Below are positions 1 to 12,276 of a stretch of 64,000 nucleotides of DNA, in pieces. The notes beneath the pieces were generated by a model that ran no database searches, had not been told where the DNA came from, and saw only the letters and a list, made by a program, of their open reading frames with translations. Made by a program: the position numbers and the translations under genes. How positions within the stretch are numbered: the first letter of the stretch is position 1; each line of letters starts with the position of its first letter. The stretch comes from Lingula anatina (lineage: Eukaryota > Animalia > Brachiopoda): positions 11,098,001 through 11,162,000 of the forward strand of contig CM120640.1 of assembly GCA_051362555.1 (NCBI GenBank), written 5' to 3'.

Positions 1-28
<28 letters not shown>
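1..28. repeat. (AT)n microsatellite (truncated by the window edge)
   Basis: Direct reading. Confidence 0.95.
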
Positions 29-32
<4 letters not shown>

Positions 33-79
33 AAATAGTGAATAAATAAAACCAGAATGCACTTCATTTTCAACCCCAT

Positions 80-85
80 TTTATT
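80..85 (-). terminator. Candidate polyadenylation signal (AATAAA) for USP16/45, implying a ~1.8-kb 3' UTR
   Basis: TTTATT on the plus strand at 80-85, followed on the minus strand by T-rich sequence and an (AT)n tract. Not verified by transcripts. Confidence 0.35.
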
Positions 86-1905
86 TACATAAAGAATCAA
101 AACTGAAGGCTTTATATCTGAAGAAACCATATGAGAATACAAACTAGTATTGCACATTTACAGCATATTCTGTCCTATGTAACATCTGAATTTCAGACAT
201 CCTAAAATGTTGTGTGGACTCATGTGACAAATATATTTTTCTAAGACTACGGTGATCAAAAGATTATAATTTAAGTACCCATTCACTATATTAATCAAAA
301 CTTTCACGATTACTTTCTTAACACAATACTAATCTGCATGTGAAAATACCACAGTGACAACAATATATACTGCTAATTATATAAACACAGAACTTTTTTG
401 TACAATTAACAACTTAATTAAGGCCTCTTTTAATCTTTTAAATTCATAAACAATATAAAATTCAATACATTTGCAATAATCAAAAAGCTAGGTGAAACAT
501 TAAAGGTAGTACCAATAGTTACTTAATCCAATTTGAAAAATCACTTATTCCCATAATGCTCTATGGTTATACTGAAACTTCAAACCAAATAAAAGTGGTC
601 TCAAACACAATAACCAAACAGATAAGGTAAAAGCAGTACCTCCTTTAAGAGACAAGTGGTACAAAAATGGAACTGTTTTCTTTTTTTTATGACGATTTTT
701 TAAAAACTAATCAAACCTCAGTCAGAGGTAGAAAAAAGGTGTAATAAACCACACCCTTCATTGAAGGGGAAGGGGGGGGCGAGCAGAACACCCTTATGGG
801 GTCAGATTTATTAGTAAAATTAATTGACCAGCACTGACATCAAATTAGCTTCAGTCGTGCCAATTTAAATCCAAAAATAGTAAAATTGTCATGTCAAATT
901 TGCATGGCATTTCATGAACTGTAAGTTCTGACCAACATTGCAGTTCATACAAGTTTTATAGCTCGTTCATTTCACTTGCTTTTATATTGATATAATTGGA
1001 ATTCTAAAAACCACTAAACCGAAATGACACTTTTTAAGACATTTTGAAGAAAACAGATTTTGACAGCATTAGATCATTCAAACAGAGATGGAGATGGATA
1101 CATACTTAAAGGAAACCACAGAACGACAACTCCAAATTAGCCCTGACATGTCCTCAGAGGGACGAGAAAGAGAGGTTGGCCCCAAACAAAATGTAGGAGT
1201 GCTGAAGCTGAGCGAAAAGAATTTGGGTGGCAGACATGTAGTCAACCCCCACAGCAGCAAAAGATAGAGGAAAATGGTGGAGGATGCTGACAAGCCTTAA
1301 AAGCCAACCATGGCTTGAAGAGGATAAGTAAGTAAGAAATATCATGCAAACTGTTGACTGATACCTTTATAAGCATGCTGTAGTAGTTGTGAAATGCAAG
1401 GTAGCTGACACTGCCAGGGCCCCAGGTGGTGAAGGAAAACAAGTCAGTGTCAGCTCTAGACTGGAATGGGGACCCCATGGAAAATGATGAGCAGCTACCT
1501 AACTATACAAAACACTGCAGAGTCCACTTTGACATCCAAGATTTTCATGATGTTTAAACAGTGATAGAAGCAAAGCAAGAAACATATCATTGCACTAAGG
1601 GGCATTCAACATGATTCTCAATGACAAACAAAGAGCTTGTTATTTTTTAAAGTCAGTATCTTATCAAATATCTAGTTAGTATCTTCATAGCCATGTGAAT
1701 TGTTCATGGTTGACATAATATCAAAGGCAAATGACACAATTGTCTCTGGGAGCAAGACTACATATTTCAACCAATATCTCTAGATTATCAACAAATCATA
1801 AAATCACACAATCTCTCAAAAGACATGCAACTGCCACCAAAATACACTTGACCACAATTACAGCATCAAATATATCTCCTCTTACAAACAATTACATAGT
1901 CTCAA

Positions 1906-4900
1906 TCAAAATATTCTTTCATAAAATAGAAGATAAGCCTGAGCCCGTAGAACATTGGATTCTGCTGCCTCACTGACTCTGCTGTCACTAACGTAAAACC
2001 AACGTCCTGGAGGTGGTTTGGGTTCTCCCTCCTCCATCTTAGCCTCCTCTTCCTCATCCTCTGATAAATCTCTAATGGGAAGTTTGGCTGTGATGCCATT
2101 GGTCTGCAGGAACTCCTTCAACCTTCCATTGGCATTGGGGCGGACTTTCACAAATGCAGTGTAATGTCCTCCAGTCAGACGACCACTGTGCTCTACCACT
2201 CCATAGAGGGCATACAGGATCTTCTTCTTACCACGCTGAACTCTCTACAATTAAACAAAGCTATTGAACATTGTGTATCATTAACTTAAATCAATGCAAG
2301 TCTCAATGGAAAGAACCACCACTATATATTAGTTTCAGCCATATAACTATTTTTACAAAATTTACTCAACTTGGCACGAAAAATCAAAATTGTTTCATTT
2401 TTTGAACCTGAAGTAAATTTTGTGTATCGTTTTTTTACAAATAAATTCAGTCTGGCATGAACCTGACAGTGTGCATTATTTAATGATATATCTGGCTACT
2501 CTACCTGGCACATTGAAGAACAAAATGGAGCCAGATCCAAGATCAAGGGGAAGTCTACATGGCGACTGACCTTCCTGAGAGTGTAACCCACCTTAAACCA
2601 AACAAATCAAACTATTCTGTTAACATTTCTTTCATACAAATACCAAGAAATAAGAATACAACATGTTTCTAGTGAACTGCCAACACGAATCTTTAATGTT
2701 CAGCTTTTTTTAGGTTTCTGTACATCTTCCCTGATGCAATCAGATACTTGAACAAAAATGTTTATCTTTTCACAAAGAAAAAAAAAATGCACAATTGTAA
2801 AATATGCATATTAAAAACTAACATGAATTTATTCTCACACTGCAGTAAAAATTAAATTTCAGTTGAAGATATCACTAGGCACTAGTGATTAAGTTAAAAT
2901 CTTTACTCCATTTACATTTTTACCTGTTGAAACCTTTTGAGCTGAAGGGTCAGCACAGCTGGTGGGCTGTAGATTTGTAACTGTTTACTTGCACTGGTGT
3001 AAGTAGTCCCTTTCTTGCCTGTACAAATAGAAAATGGAGTACAAGTGGGGATGAGCATACACTTTTATAAAATCAGGGTATGAAAAAGTTAATTTTCCAG
3101 AGCAGAATTATCCCAAAATTTTTTTCAGTCACCTGGTTAACCCTTATAAGTAAATATATAAAAACTCCTGGTACAAGAAAAGGTCTTTTATACCATTTAG
3201 TGACTCAAAAAGGACAAAATTTGTTCACCTACCTCCTGCTTTGCGGTTTCTCTTTGAGCAGAATTCACAACCAAACTTGTTATTGCCCGTTAATAACTCC
3301 ATGGTGGTGAACTGGTTCAAGCAAGACAAAACGGAGCACTCATAGGGAGTAGGCTTATACCTTGGTGAGAGGGAATACGTAGAGCGTTTTACACACTCTC
3401 TTTTCATCTGGTCTCTTGACTTTGGCACCTTGGATTTGCTTTGCAGTGTCTGTGCACTCGAGTTATTGTGTCTTGGAGAAGAGTTCTGGGAATCGGAAGA
3501 ATACTTGTTGGTTTCAAGAGGTAACACCTGACCATTTACTAAAGAGTTATCTGACAAGCTTTTTACAGATTTAACCGAAGAATTCTGACCATTTTCTGAG
3601 GTCTGCTCAGGACAGGTGCTCATATCCTCGGCAACTTTCTCTTGGTCCTTCTCATCAGGTTTAGAATCTGTTTTTAAGGCATTATCATCAGATTTAACCT
3701 GAGAAACAGGTGCTTCTTCTAATTGCACTTGAGCTAGAGATGCAGTAATATTATCTAGGTCAGTTACATTTTCCTTAATGCTAGCACTTTCCTCAACCTG
3801 CTGACAAGTATTAGTTCCATTTTGTTTTATATGAACCACATTTTCTTTAGTCCTTTCTTCAGAGTTTAAAGAAGGATCCACATCTTCTGCAGTAGATGCT
3901 GTGCTTGCACAAAGTCCATCTGAAGCTCCCCCTACTATTAACATCTTCTCTTTGCTGTGACCACCATGATCAGCTTGCTCGTCGCTCAGATGATGCGTGT
4001 TCTCAGTGTTTGTGTGTTGAACCTCTTCTTCTTCTTCCACTCTGTCACCCACTGGTACGGTCTCTGGCATTTCAAGTAGTTTGAACTTATTTCTCGAGGT
4101 GTCACTTGCTGTTTCTAGGTTGTCCTCTATGTCTGCATCTGAGCATAAAGACAAGGATATTGAACATAACACCACAATTATACATTAAGAATTTTGCAGA
4201 AGCATACAGCTCTTTTTTTTTTTTTTGTAACAAATAAAATATGTTTTATAACTTACATCCATTATACGACTTAAATATGATGTGTAAAAAAACATGATTA
4301 ATTTTATTTGATATAAAAAAAAATCAAAATTCGATGGAAATGAAAATCAATTGGGATGACCAAATTTAGAAGAGTTACATGGATACCATAACACGAGATT
4401 TTGAATTAAGTGGAATCCACATAGAGAACTATGGAGAAATGTACTAAATTTCATTACATGGTGCATTTAGCTCTTTTATTTTGCCTTCAATGTCTTTAAG
4501 ATTTATTTGCCCTAATGACAAAGAAGAACCAGAACTTGGTCATATATCAGAGACAATTTCAAACCAAAACCAACCTGAATTTTCCTCAGTGCTCTGAGAC
4601 TCCTCTTGCAGTTCTTTTCCATTTTCTACAGTCAGTTCTTCCTTATCTTCCACCTCCCCATCTTTACTCTCATTCTCCTCGATCTCCACTGCCCCATTAA
4701 CTACATCAGGCTCCCCACCACCTCCATCACCACCACCAGCAGCATCTTCCTGTAAGACACACTGGGGCTGGACCTTGTTCTTCTTTAGTTTACTCATTTT
4801 CTGTAAATGAAAAGCAACAATACTGGTGAGAAATAAAGAGGCTGCACAGTATTCTTGGTCACTTCCATTAAATCTGAAGTATGAAAACTTAGTTCAATAA

Positions 4901-7900
4901 CGAAAATAAAACAAAATATAATTTTATATAAATGAAACTCTAATGAAAATCACTTATATATTTTTCTGCAGTTAATTCATTAACCTACAAATTTGTAATT
5001 TGTAAAATAAAGATTACTGGTAGGTGATATTCACCTTTTGTTGTTTCCTCTGTTTCTTAGACATGTGTTTGCTGGTGTTCCTGGCAAATCCATCCACAGC
5101 ATTCAGAGGCTGTTCCTGGCTGTCTTCTTCCTTTTTGCTCACATGCAACCCTTGATCAGGCTTCTTCTTTGAACCAAAGCAACTGCTCAGGCTATTTGGG
5201 CGACTGGGCTGATAAAAGAACAAGAAAAAGAATCCCTAATATATAAAAAAAAAACATTAAAAATGCACAAATGATTCAAGGGTAGGTAAATTTATCAAAT
5301 TTCTAATTTTACTCAAGATAAAGCAGTAATCATTTTAAATGAATATTTTCAACTTTTTATGACAGAAAGAAAAAGAAACACATTAAAACTGTTTGTTAGA
5401 CTATTTAAGTTGACTAAAATTTTGGTCTGAAAGCCATGACCAACTTTTGGCATGAAATGATTTCTGTAACAAGATCAAGTCATCTTGGGAATGAGAGGAT
5501 AAATAAGCAATGTTTCGCCATTAACATACATCAACACAGACATCTTACTAAATGTACATAACAATTTTGGTTTTGAAAAAATCTTCTTACCTTTTCTTCA
5601 GCTATTGGTAAGGAAAGGTCAAGGAAAGGCTCAAATATCTGGGAAGACTGTAATTTCAATGAATATGCAATAAATATTTAATAAAACCAGTTTTGTAAAA
5701 ATTACTTCCACTTGTACAGAATAAAAGTTAAAAAGATGTGTGAGATACTTATTTACTCAAACTTAGTTAACATAAGCACCATCTTTCATTATCGCTTGTT
5801 GGTATATACAAATGGATATTGTATGATCAAACTGATAAAATACCTTGATATTTGTAACTGTGTTATTTTGCTAACACTTCAATAATTATAAATAACCATT
5901 TTTAACATGCTGCTCAACATACGCAGCCCAATACTACTTACACAGAAGCTTTTGGGCATTGATAACCATCAAACTGCAGCTTCACTTACCATGTTGCATT
6001 CCTCACATGTGACAGTACTCAGCAGAAGTCCCCCAAACACACTGTCCACAAATGTTTGCTTGGTATACTGTCCATAAACTGCAAATGAAAAAGAATGTGC
6101 TACATATTCATCTTCTGTTGAAAAATTTATCTTGAAACTCTTAAAACTAATTAAGAAGTCATACATTTAAGCACATACACTGGTTTTATGCAGCACAAAG
6201 AATGATCAGCAACCACTCACCTTTCAGTTTAGCTTTAGTGTCTTCGTCACACTTCTTGGGGTTGATGTTCATCTTCTGTAAAATTGCAGACTGCACCCTC
6301 TGAAAATAGGTAATCCATTTTCTGGTAAGTATATTATAATCTTAAATAGAAATACGTCAGAAGTTTCTATATAAAATGCACATGATATAGATACATTGAT
6401 CAGGACTTGGTGCAATATTGTGACAACTCCCACTCACATGCATGCACCAACATGTGTGCATACATACATACATGCACGCACACACACTGGATGATTTTAA
6501 GTGTCCATTTATAGCATACATTTTCTTTCCACTACAGTAAATGTCATACAGAAATGGTATACTGGAATGTTTGTTTCTCTCCTACAGTAAGCAAACTGAC
6601 AAGCATCTAATATCCAACAACAATTTTACAAAAATAAATAAATAAATAAAACAAATTTTTATCAAAATTACCTTGATTTCTTCTGTTTTCATTCCATCCA
6701 GCAGATGGCGCAGTAGTTCATGACTGTCTTGTTGCTGAAACCCTTTAAATCTGGGAGCTCTAAACAAGCAAAGATTGAAAATCAACATTTCCCTTTTATA
6801 TCAAACAATGATATCTGTAAGGGCACCAAAATATAGAACTGTAAGGCCTTTTAACAGACAGAAATACCAAAATACAACTAAATAACCACTGTAACATTTA
6901 TCATATAAATTCACTACACAACCATTCTAGTTTACCATCTTCCCAGACTGAAATGGTTAAGACCTGTGACTAGCAGGGCAGTGCAAATGTCTTACACAAT
7001 TACGATTATTTAATTGAAAATTTCCTTTGTAACAATGTAACAACATGACCTACTTTTTACACACTTGTCCAAAGAGGTAGCTTGGGCTGATCACATTATT
7101 CTTGGTGGCGGAGTTCATGTCTTTGAGAAAAGACAGCATGGAGAGGGTCAGAGATCCGGCCTCAGGTAGCTCCACTGACAGAGGCTCCTTAAACAAGGAC
7201 ACAAGATCAATGACATCTAACTTATTATTTTCAGTAGATATTAATCAAGATTTGTACAGTCCTACAGTTTTACCTTGTGCGACAGTCATCAATATGTGCA
7301 CTTGATGGGCAGTGCCCACATCAATTCACTGTCACTGGATATCATGTAGCATACACTTTCCCTCCAAAACTGTGATACAAAGATACAGATTGGGTCTACT
7401 GGTATGCTCTCTTCAAGCAAACATGTACAGTTTGAGATGTAAACATTTGCAAAATGCCAGTAAAACTGAAGCTGTGTCAGTGAAATTTCATACAAATATT
7501 CAGTTACTGGCCACCATTAACGATTTGGGCAACTTGATCCTATGACCCTTGTGGTTTAAAGGATTAGTTACTTAAAAAGGTGTTTGGCATAGACTGCATG
7601 TAAAGCACTTTTCATGTTGTTCTTATTGATCAATTGTTCATCAAAAAATTTTTTCATGTGTTAAAAGAACCAATTACAAGTTTAACTATCATCTACATAA
7701 CAATTTAATCTATGAAGAAACAAAACATCTATTATTGATACCTAAAGGTATTTCTGACACTTACAACTCTGATCCTAGGCTGGAGTTTTTCCTCCGTATC
7801 GCTGTCCTCCTCACTGGACTGGTCACTGGAGCTCACATCTGCATCAGCATTGGAGGCTATGTGGACACTTAGTCCCTTCTTACTGTTCTCATTTAGGATC

Positions 7901-10760
7901 TCCTCCAGAGCATAGGTCTGGCTCAGGTTCTGAAAAAATAGGGATCTATCAGTTAGAGAAGATAATGTCAGCAAAAAAAAGCAGAAACAGGCTTACTGAC
8001 TGTATTAAGCCTTATTTTAAGTATAAGACACCAACTAAACTTTATCTGGGTCAAAACGTTTTGAATCATTATCTGTCACAAAAGTATAAGACATTTACTA
8101 TATATAAAATGCAAACTGGGTCAAATCTCTATGGATCATTCTCACTATGAATGTAAAGAATGAAACTGTATATATATATAACAATATTAATTAAAGAAAA
8201 TCAACTGCCCCTCTTTTAGCTTCTTAAGTATCCCTCCACCCCCACTGCCCGAAATGAAATTGTATAAATCCGCGAGTCTACATACTCACCTGCATCACAG
8301 CATTGAAGAAACAGGTGTTGCCAAGGTTACTGAGGCCCTAAAATTTATACCTCAAGTTAACACATCAAACTATTTTCCAACCAAAATACTCCAAAATCAA
8401 AAGTTTTTTTATACTTAAGTAATATTGAGAACAGATCCTGCAATACATTTGAAAAATGACAATCATTAAATAAAATCCTAAGTCAAAAAATACACAAACC
8501 AGTTAGATACTGAACTTACCTTGACCTTGCCTGGTAATAAAGAGGAAGGCGCCTGTGTGGTGCTGGTCGCCCCCTTCACCTTGTTGCTCTGCTGGTTTTT
8601 GTTATCTTGGGAAACTGCCTCCTCTTCTGCTGCAACTTTCTTTACTAGAAGAGAATGTTTTGTCATTTCTGTATGCATAAATAATAAAACTTTGACTACA
8701 AAAACAAAGTTCATTGCAAGGAAACAACTCAGTTGCCCTTTCAAGTCCTGTGTAATTACCAAATATGAATTCCCATTCTTGACTTGAAATTTATTTCACA
8801 GATCCTGGATTAAAAATTCAATTATATATATGAAAAGTCCAGTAAAAAAATTTAAATTCCATTAACTAGTCTCACCAGCTGCTGATGCTGGCTGCTCTGG
8901 TTTTGGCATCCCAGCTTGCTTCCTGACAAACTCCACACATTCCTCTAGCTTCTTACTGATGGCAAGATCCACCTCATCATCACACTCATAACACCTGAAC
9001 ATGAACATTACCAAACGTATGTGAAACTGATCAATTCAACTACAAAGTGTGACTTTGTCTTTTGAACTCTAATACATTTATCAGTCCTGTGTTTTGTAAT
9101 TTTGAAAAATAAAGGTTTCATCAATTTTACATAGTCCACAGGGATGTTATGCACGTGGGTGTATTTCTTTTTAAAGTACTATCATTGTTAATAAATTATC
9201 ATTTTTATTTAAAATATAACCCTTATTTTGTCAATTTCAACAAGAACCCAAAATGAAACAAGCCATCTGCAGTAATTGTGGAAAATGGCATCTACCGCAA
9301 TCTTATATTTACTGATCTCCACACACCAATTCATTTAGCTCTGGTATCACTGACTTACCACACTAGCCAAGTGGTTAGATTAACTACCATAGAGTGGGAC
9401 ACAGAGCGTGGGGCCTGAAAGTGCTTCAAAGCATGCTGGTGCTTGGAATTGCGATCACAACCCTGAAATAACAAAAACAAAATCCTTGAAAATAGATGCA
9501 AGTAGAAATAAATGTCTCTCATGGTTCTCTTCAACTAAATATTACATTTGAATTGTCCTTAAAATTCATATTTTGCTCTGGACAGTGCCACACTGTGAAA
9601 ATATCATAACTCACTACAAAGCTTAAGCTTGCCTATTAACTCACATAATAATTACAAAACACAAGGTTACTAATCTTTAAAAAATCGGAAAAATCAATTG
9701 GGTTACAATCTAAAAATCACCAAACTACCCAAGAAATAAAAAAATAATTTTTAAGTTCTCACCTGATTTCCACATTGTAAGCAAACCCAGATAGTTGTTT
9801 CTAATTCATCTAGCATGTCATCTGGATCTGGCTCTGGCACGGCTGCAGCCCCAGAGGAGGTGTTACTGCCACCTGTCTGATTCTTGCTGTTGGCGCCATC
9901 TTTACTACAAGCCTAATGGTAAATCAATAGCTTCGATTGAGATTTATCCCACCATTGTGTTGAATTTACAAATATATGTGAAAACAATGCAAGAAAAGTT
10001 GTTTTCATTAAATACTTGCAATTTTTTATAATTTACACTGCTGTACAGGGTCACATCTGGTTTATGAAATCAAATTAATAAGCATCAGTTCTGGAGTTAA
10101 TGTTCCGTCACAGACCAAATGATAAGTTTACCAAGCCCCAAAGTGTGACACATTTTGGAACTGATTCCCTCACACCTGCTCTCATCCATATGTAACCGTA
10201 ATGCCTTATAAGAGAAAGATAATTACCAAGCAGTCCCCAATAGGTCCACCCTGTCTCAAACCCTTCCTGACAGCTGCCAAGTTCACAGACTTGTTAATGT
10301 GTCTGCAATTTTTTGCTACAATAAAGAGAGATAATAAAAGTTCATAAATATTATTCATCTTTCTTATATCCAAAGCATAAATATCAGGCTAAGTGCACCA
10401 AAATAAACATAATCAGAAATAGGAAGTAGAAAATTTTCAAAAATATGTGAATAGCCTGTCTGGTCACATCAAGCTATAAATACTTTTATCCGATTACAAG
10501 AAATATTTCAACTGGCAGGTACATTCCTCTCATATCTGTTTTATAGGAAACAATAAACTAACAAAAAATAATGTGGCTAACAAAGTTCCCCACGTTGACC
10601 TTTGTTGATTTCACAGCAGGTACAACTAACCTGCTGCTACAGCAGCTGCCTCATCATCTTCACTTGTGTTGAATTCATTCTCATGACTAGCCTTGCGCAA
10701 CTTGTGCTTCTTTTTCCCCATGCTGTACTGAGATGGGATACTGGACTCAAGGACTCGCAT
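1906..10760 (-). CDS. USP16/USP45: Ubiquitin carboxyl-terminal hydrolase 16/45 family (zf-UBP + USP catalytic domain), 19 coding exons, ~1054-1067 aa
   Basis: Phase-consistent GT-AG exons, in transcription order: 10631-10721 (ATG MGKKKHK; in-frame upstream ATG at 10760), 10227-10315, 9763-9912, 9359-9462, 8876-8994, 8520-8644, 8290-8337, 7765-7929, 7054-7187, 6672-6759, 6221-6299, 5990-6078, 5591-5647, 5035-5208, 4575-4800, 3233-4138, 2924-3018, 2505-2591, 1906-2244. Motifs: zf-UBP ([25 protein letters not shown]...WCYECDDEV), Cys box [46 protein letters not shown], His box [29 protein letters not shown], and terminal [11 protein letters not shown]. The long acidic insert in the catalytic domain is typical of USP16/45. 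Confidence 0.95.
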
Positions 10761-11318
10761 TGGACAGGCTGTCACTTACTCATCTAATTTTATCTGGTAA
10801 TAAAACATCTTCCTACATTCATATTTTAATTTGGAGAACAAAATGATTATAAACAATTTTTTTCATACATAAACAGCAAATGAATTGCTCACATTTTATC
10901 CTACTTTCATTTTTATGATTGATTAAATGCTCTGTCAGAACAGAAACCATTCGAGGAATTTAACATCAGAACAGACTTGAAACTCTTCCTGCCAGGTTGG
11001 GCAAAAGGGCAATTTTAAGCCAGGTTTTGTGTTACAAGATTGGCATGCTTTAATTTCCAACCGAATTGAAGAGAATCACGCCAAAACTGAAATTTCTTAG
11101 TACATATTACACTTTATAAAGTTAGTTTCATCGGTAAGTCACGCAAGCGACATCTCTCATCAAACGATCAACCCACGCGTGAACTTGCCATTCTGACTAA
11201 ACCATAATTATGTCAAGCTGTTTCCAATGGCTGGCAATTCATATCGCTTATCTAGCTAGTTATCCTATTACTATATCAATCGTTTATTATTACGAATGAC
11301 AAACAGGTGACAACTTAC

Positions 11319-11410
11319 CTACTTTTATCTAAGAAAACGAGAGACAAATACCAGGAAGGTCCTCATGGTTGATATCATGGCTTCACCTGAACGAGATGAT
11401 TTACGTCAGG
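11319..11410 (-). promoter_or_regulatory. Probable non-coding first exon and promoter of USP16/45
   Basis: Strong minus-strand donor TAG|GTAAGT with the exon ending at 11319, and a matching acceptor TTATTACCAG| at 10793. CpG density rises locally at ~11.1-11.7 kb, with a CRE-like TTACGTCA at 11401-11408. The 5' boundary is approximate. Confidence 0.55.
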
Positions 11411-11626
11411 TCGTTATCGTAGAACTCAATCTTAGTAGCAAGGAAATTGTATATAAAAAGATGTAATTGGCAAGCAATATTAGACTTATTCTTGCATACT
11501 CGCAAGATATTGATACCTAAAGCATCTGTTATTATTTTATGAACAATCTCAGTGTCGTAGTGGGTCCAGAGGGCAGCACATACTAGATTGAAAAAATATT
11601 TCCAAGATAAACCAAAGAAAACTAAG

Positions 11627-12137
11627 ATGTTGAGTAAGCTTGTCTTGATTGTAGCCGCACGACACTGATAGGTGCTGCCATCCTGCAGGTGAAAATTTTA
11701 TTCTCATTAAAATATCACCATAGTGTCACACTTTATAAATTTTTTTCATAAGTTAAATGGTCTGAAGCGTTTTAAAGTTTAAGAAAACATACTTAATGGG
11801 TGCCGGCATTAGTTCACGATTTTATAGAGCTTCTTTTTAACAAATATTTTCATCGATATGATGAAAGAATAAGAATTGTGTTGAGAATGACTATAAATTA
11901 TTTAAGAGCATTTTGGGATTTTTTGTAAAGTTTGTATTTCAATTAGTTCATTCTTTAATATTATGAATTTTGGTTTTTTTTTTTTTTTTGCTTATAGCGT
12001 ATAGGCCTATCTTGACCTATATCTTTAAATGACAAACAACATTTGTGTGGGTATAAATCTAATCTAACAAGTTTTTCAACCTGCAACACAAAATACCTTT
12101 GAAATTGTAATGTTAATCTATTTTAGTGGTTTTTCCC

Positions 12138-12173
<36 letters not shown>

Positions 12174-12276
12174 GAACATCGTCTACACCACACAAATACA
12201 CACACCTCTATACAAAAACGAAGAGCTCTTAAATCACCATCAAAAGAAGTTCTTTCTCAACAAATTATTCCTTTAA
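11627..12276 (+). pseudogene. Possible two-exon small secreted-peptide gene with a 1-nt frameshift, or a divergent lncRNA
   Basis: TATAAAA at 11452 and ATG at 11627 giving MLSKLVLIVA. The shifted frame continues TTLIGAAILQ to a donor CAG|GTGAAA at 11688, then a strong acceptor (CT)nCAG| at 12174 and a phase-0 ORF to TAA at 12276. Confidence 0.25.
12146..12172. repeat. (CT)n microsatellite ending in CAG (doubles as a splice-acceptor-like tract)
   Basis: Direct reading. Confidence 0.9.

Noticed and set aside
795-965. Vaguely similar TGGCATG/CATGCCA-containing stretches at ~800-960, 2360-2470, 5410-5490, 11020-11100 and 52080-52190, possibly an old MITE family
   Set aside because: I could not define TIRs, target duplications or a reliable alignment by eye. 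It needs a self-dot-plot or RepeatModeler run.
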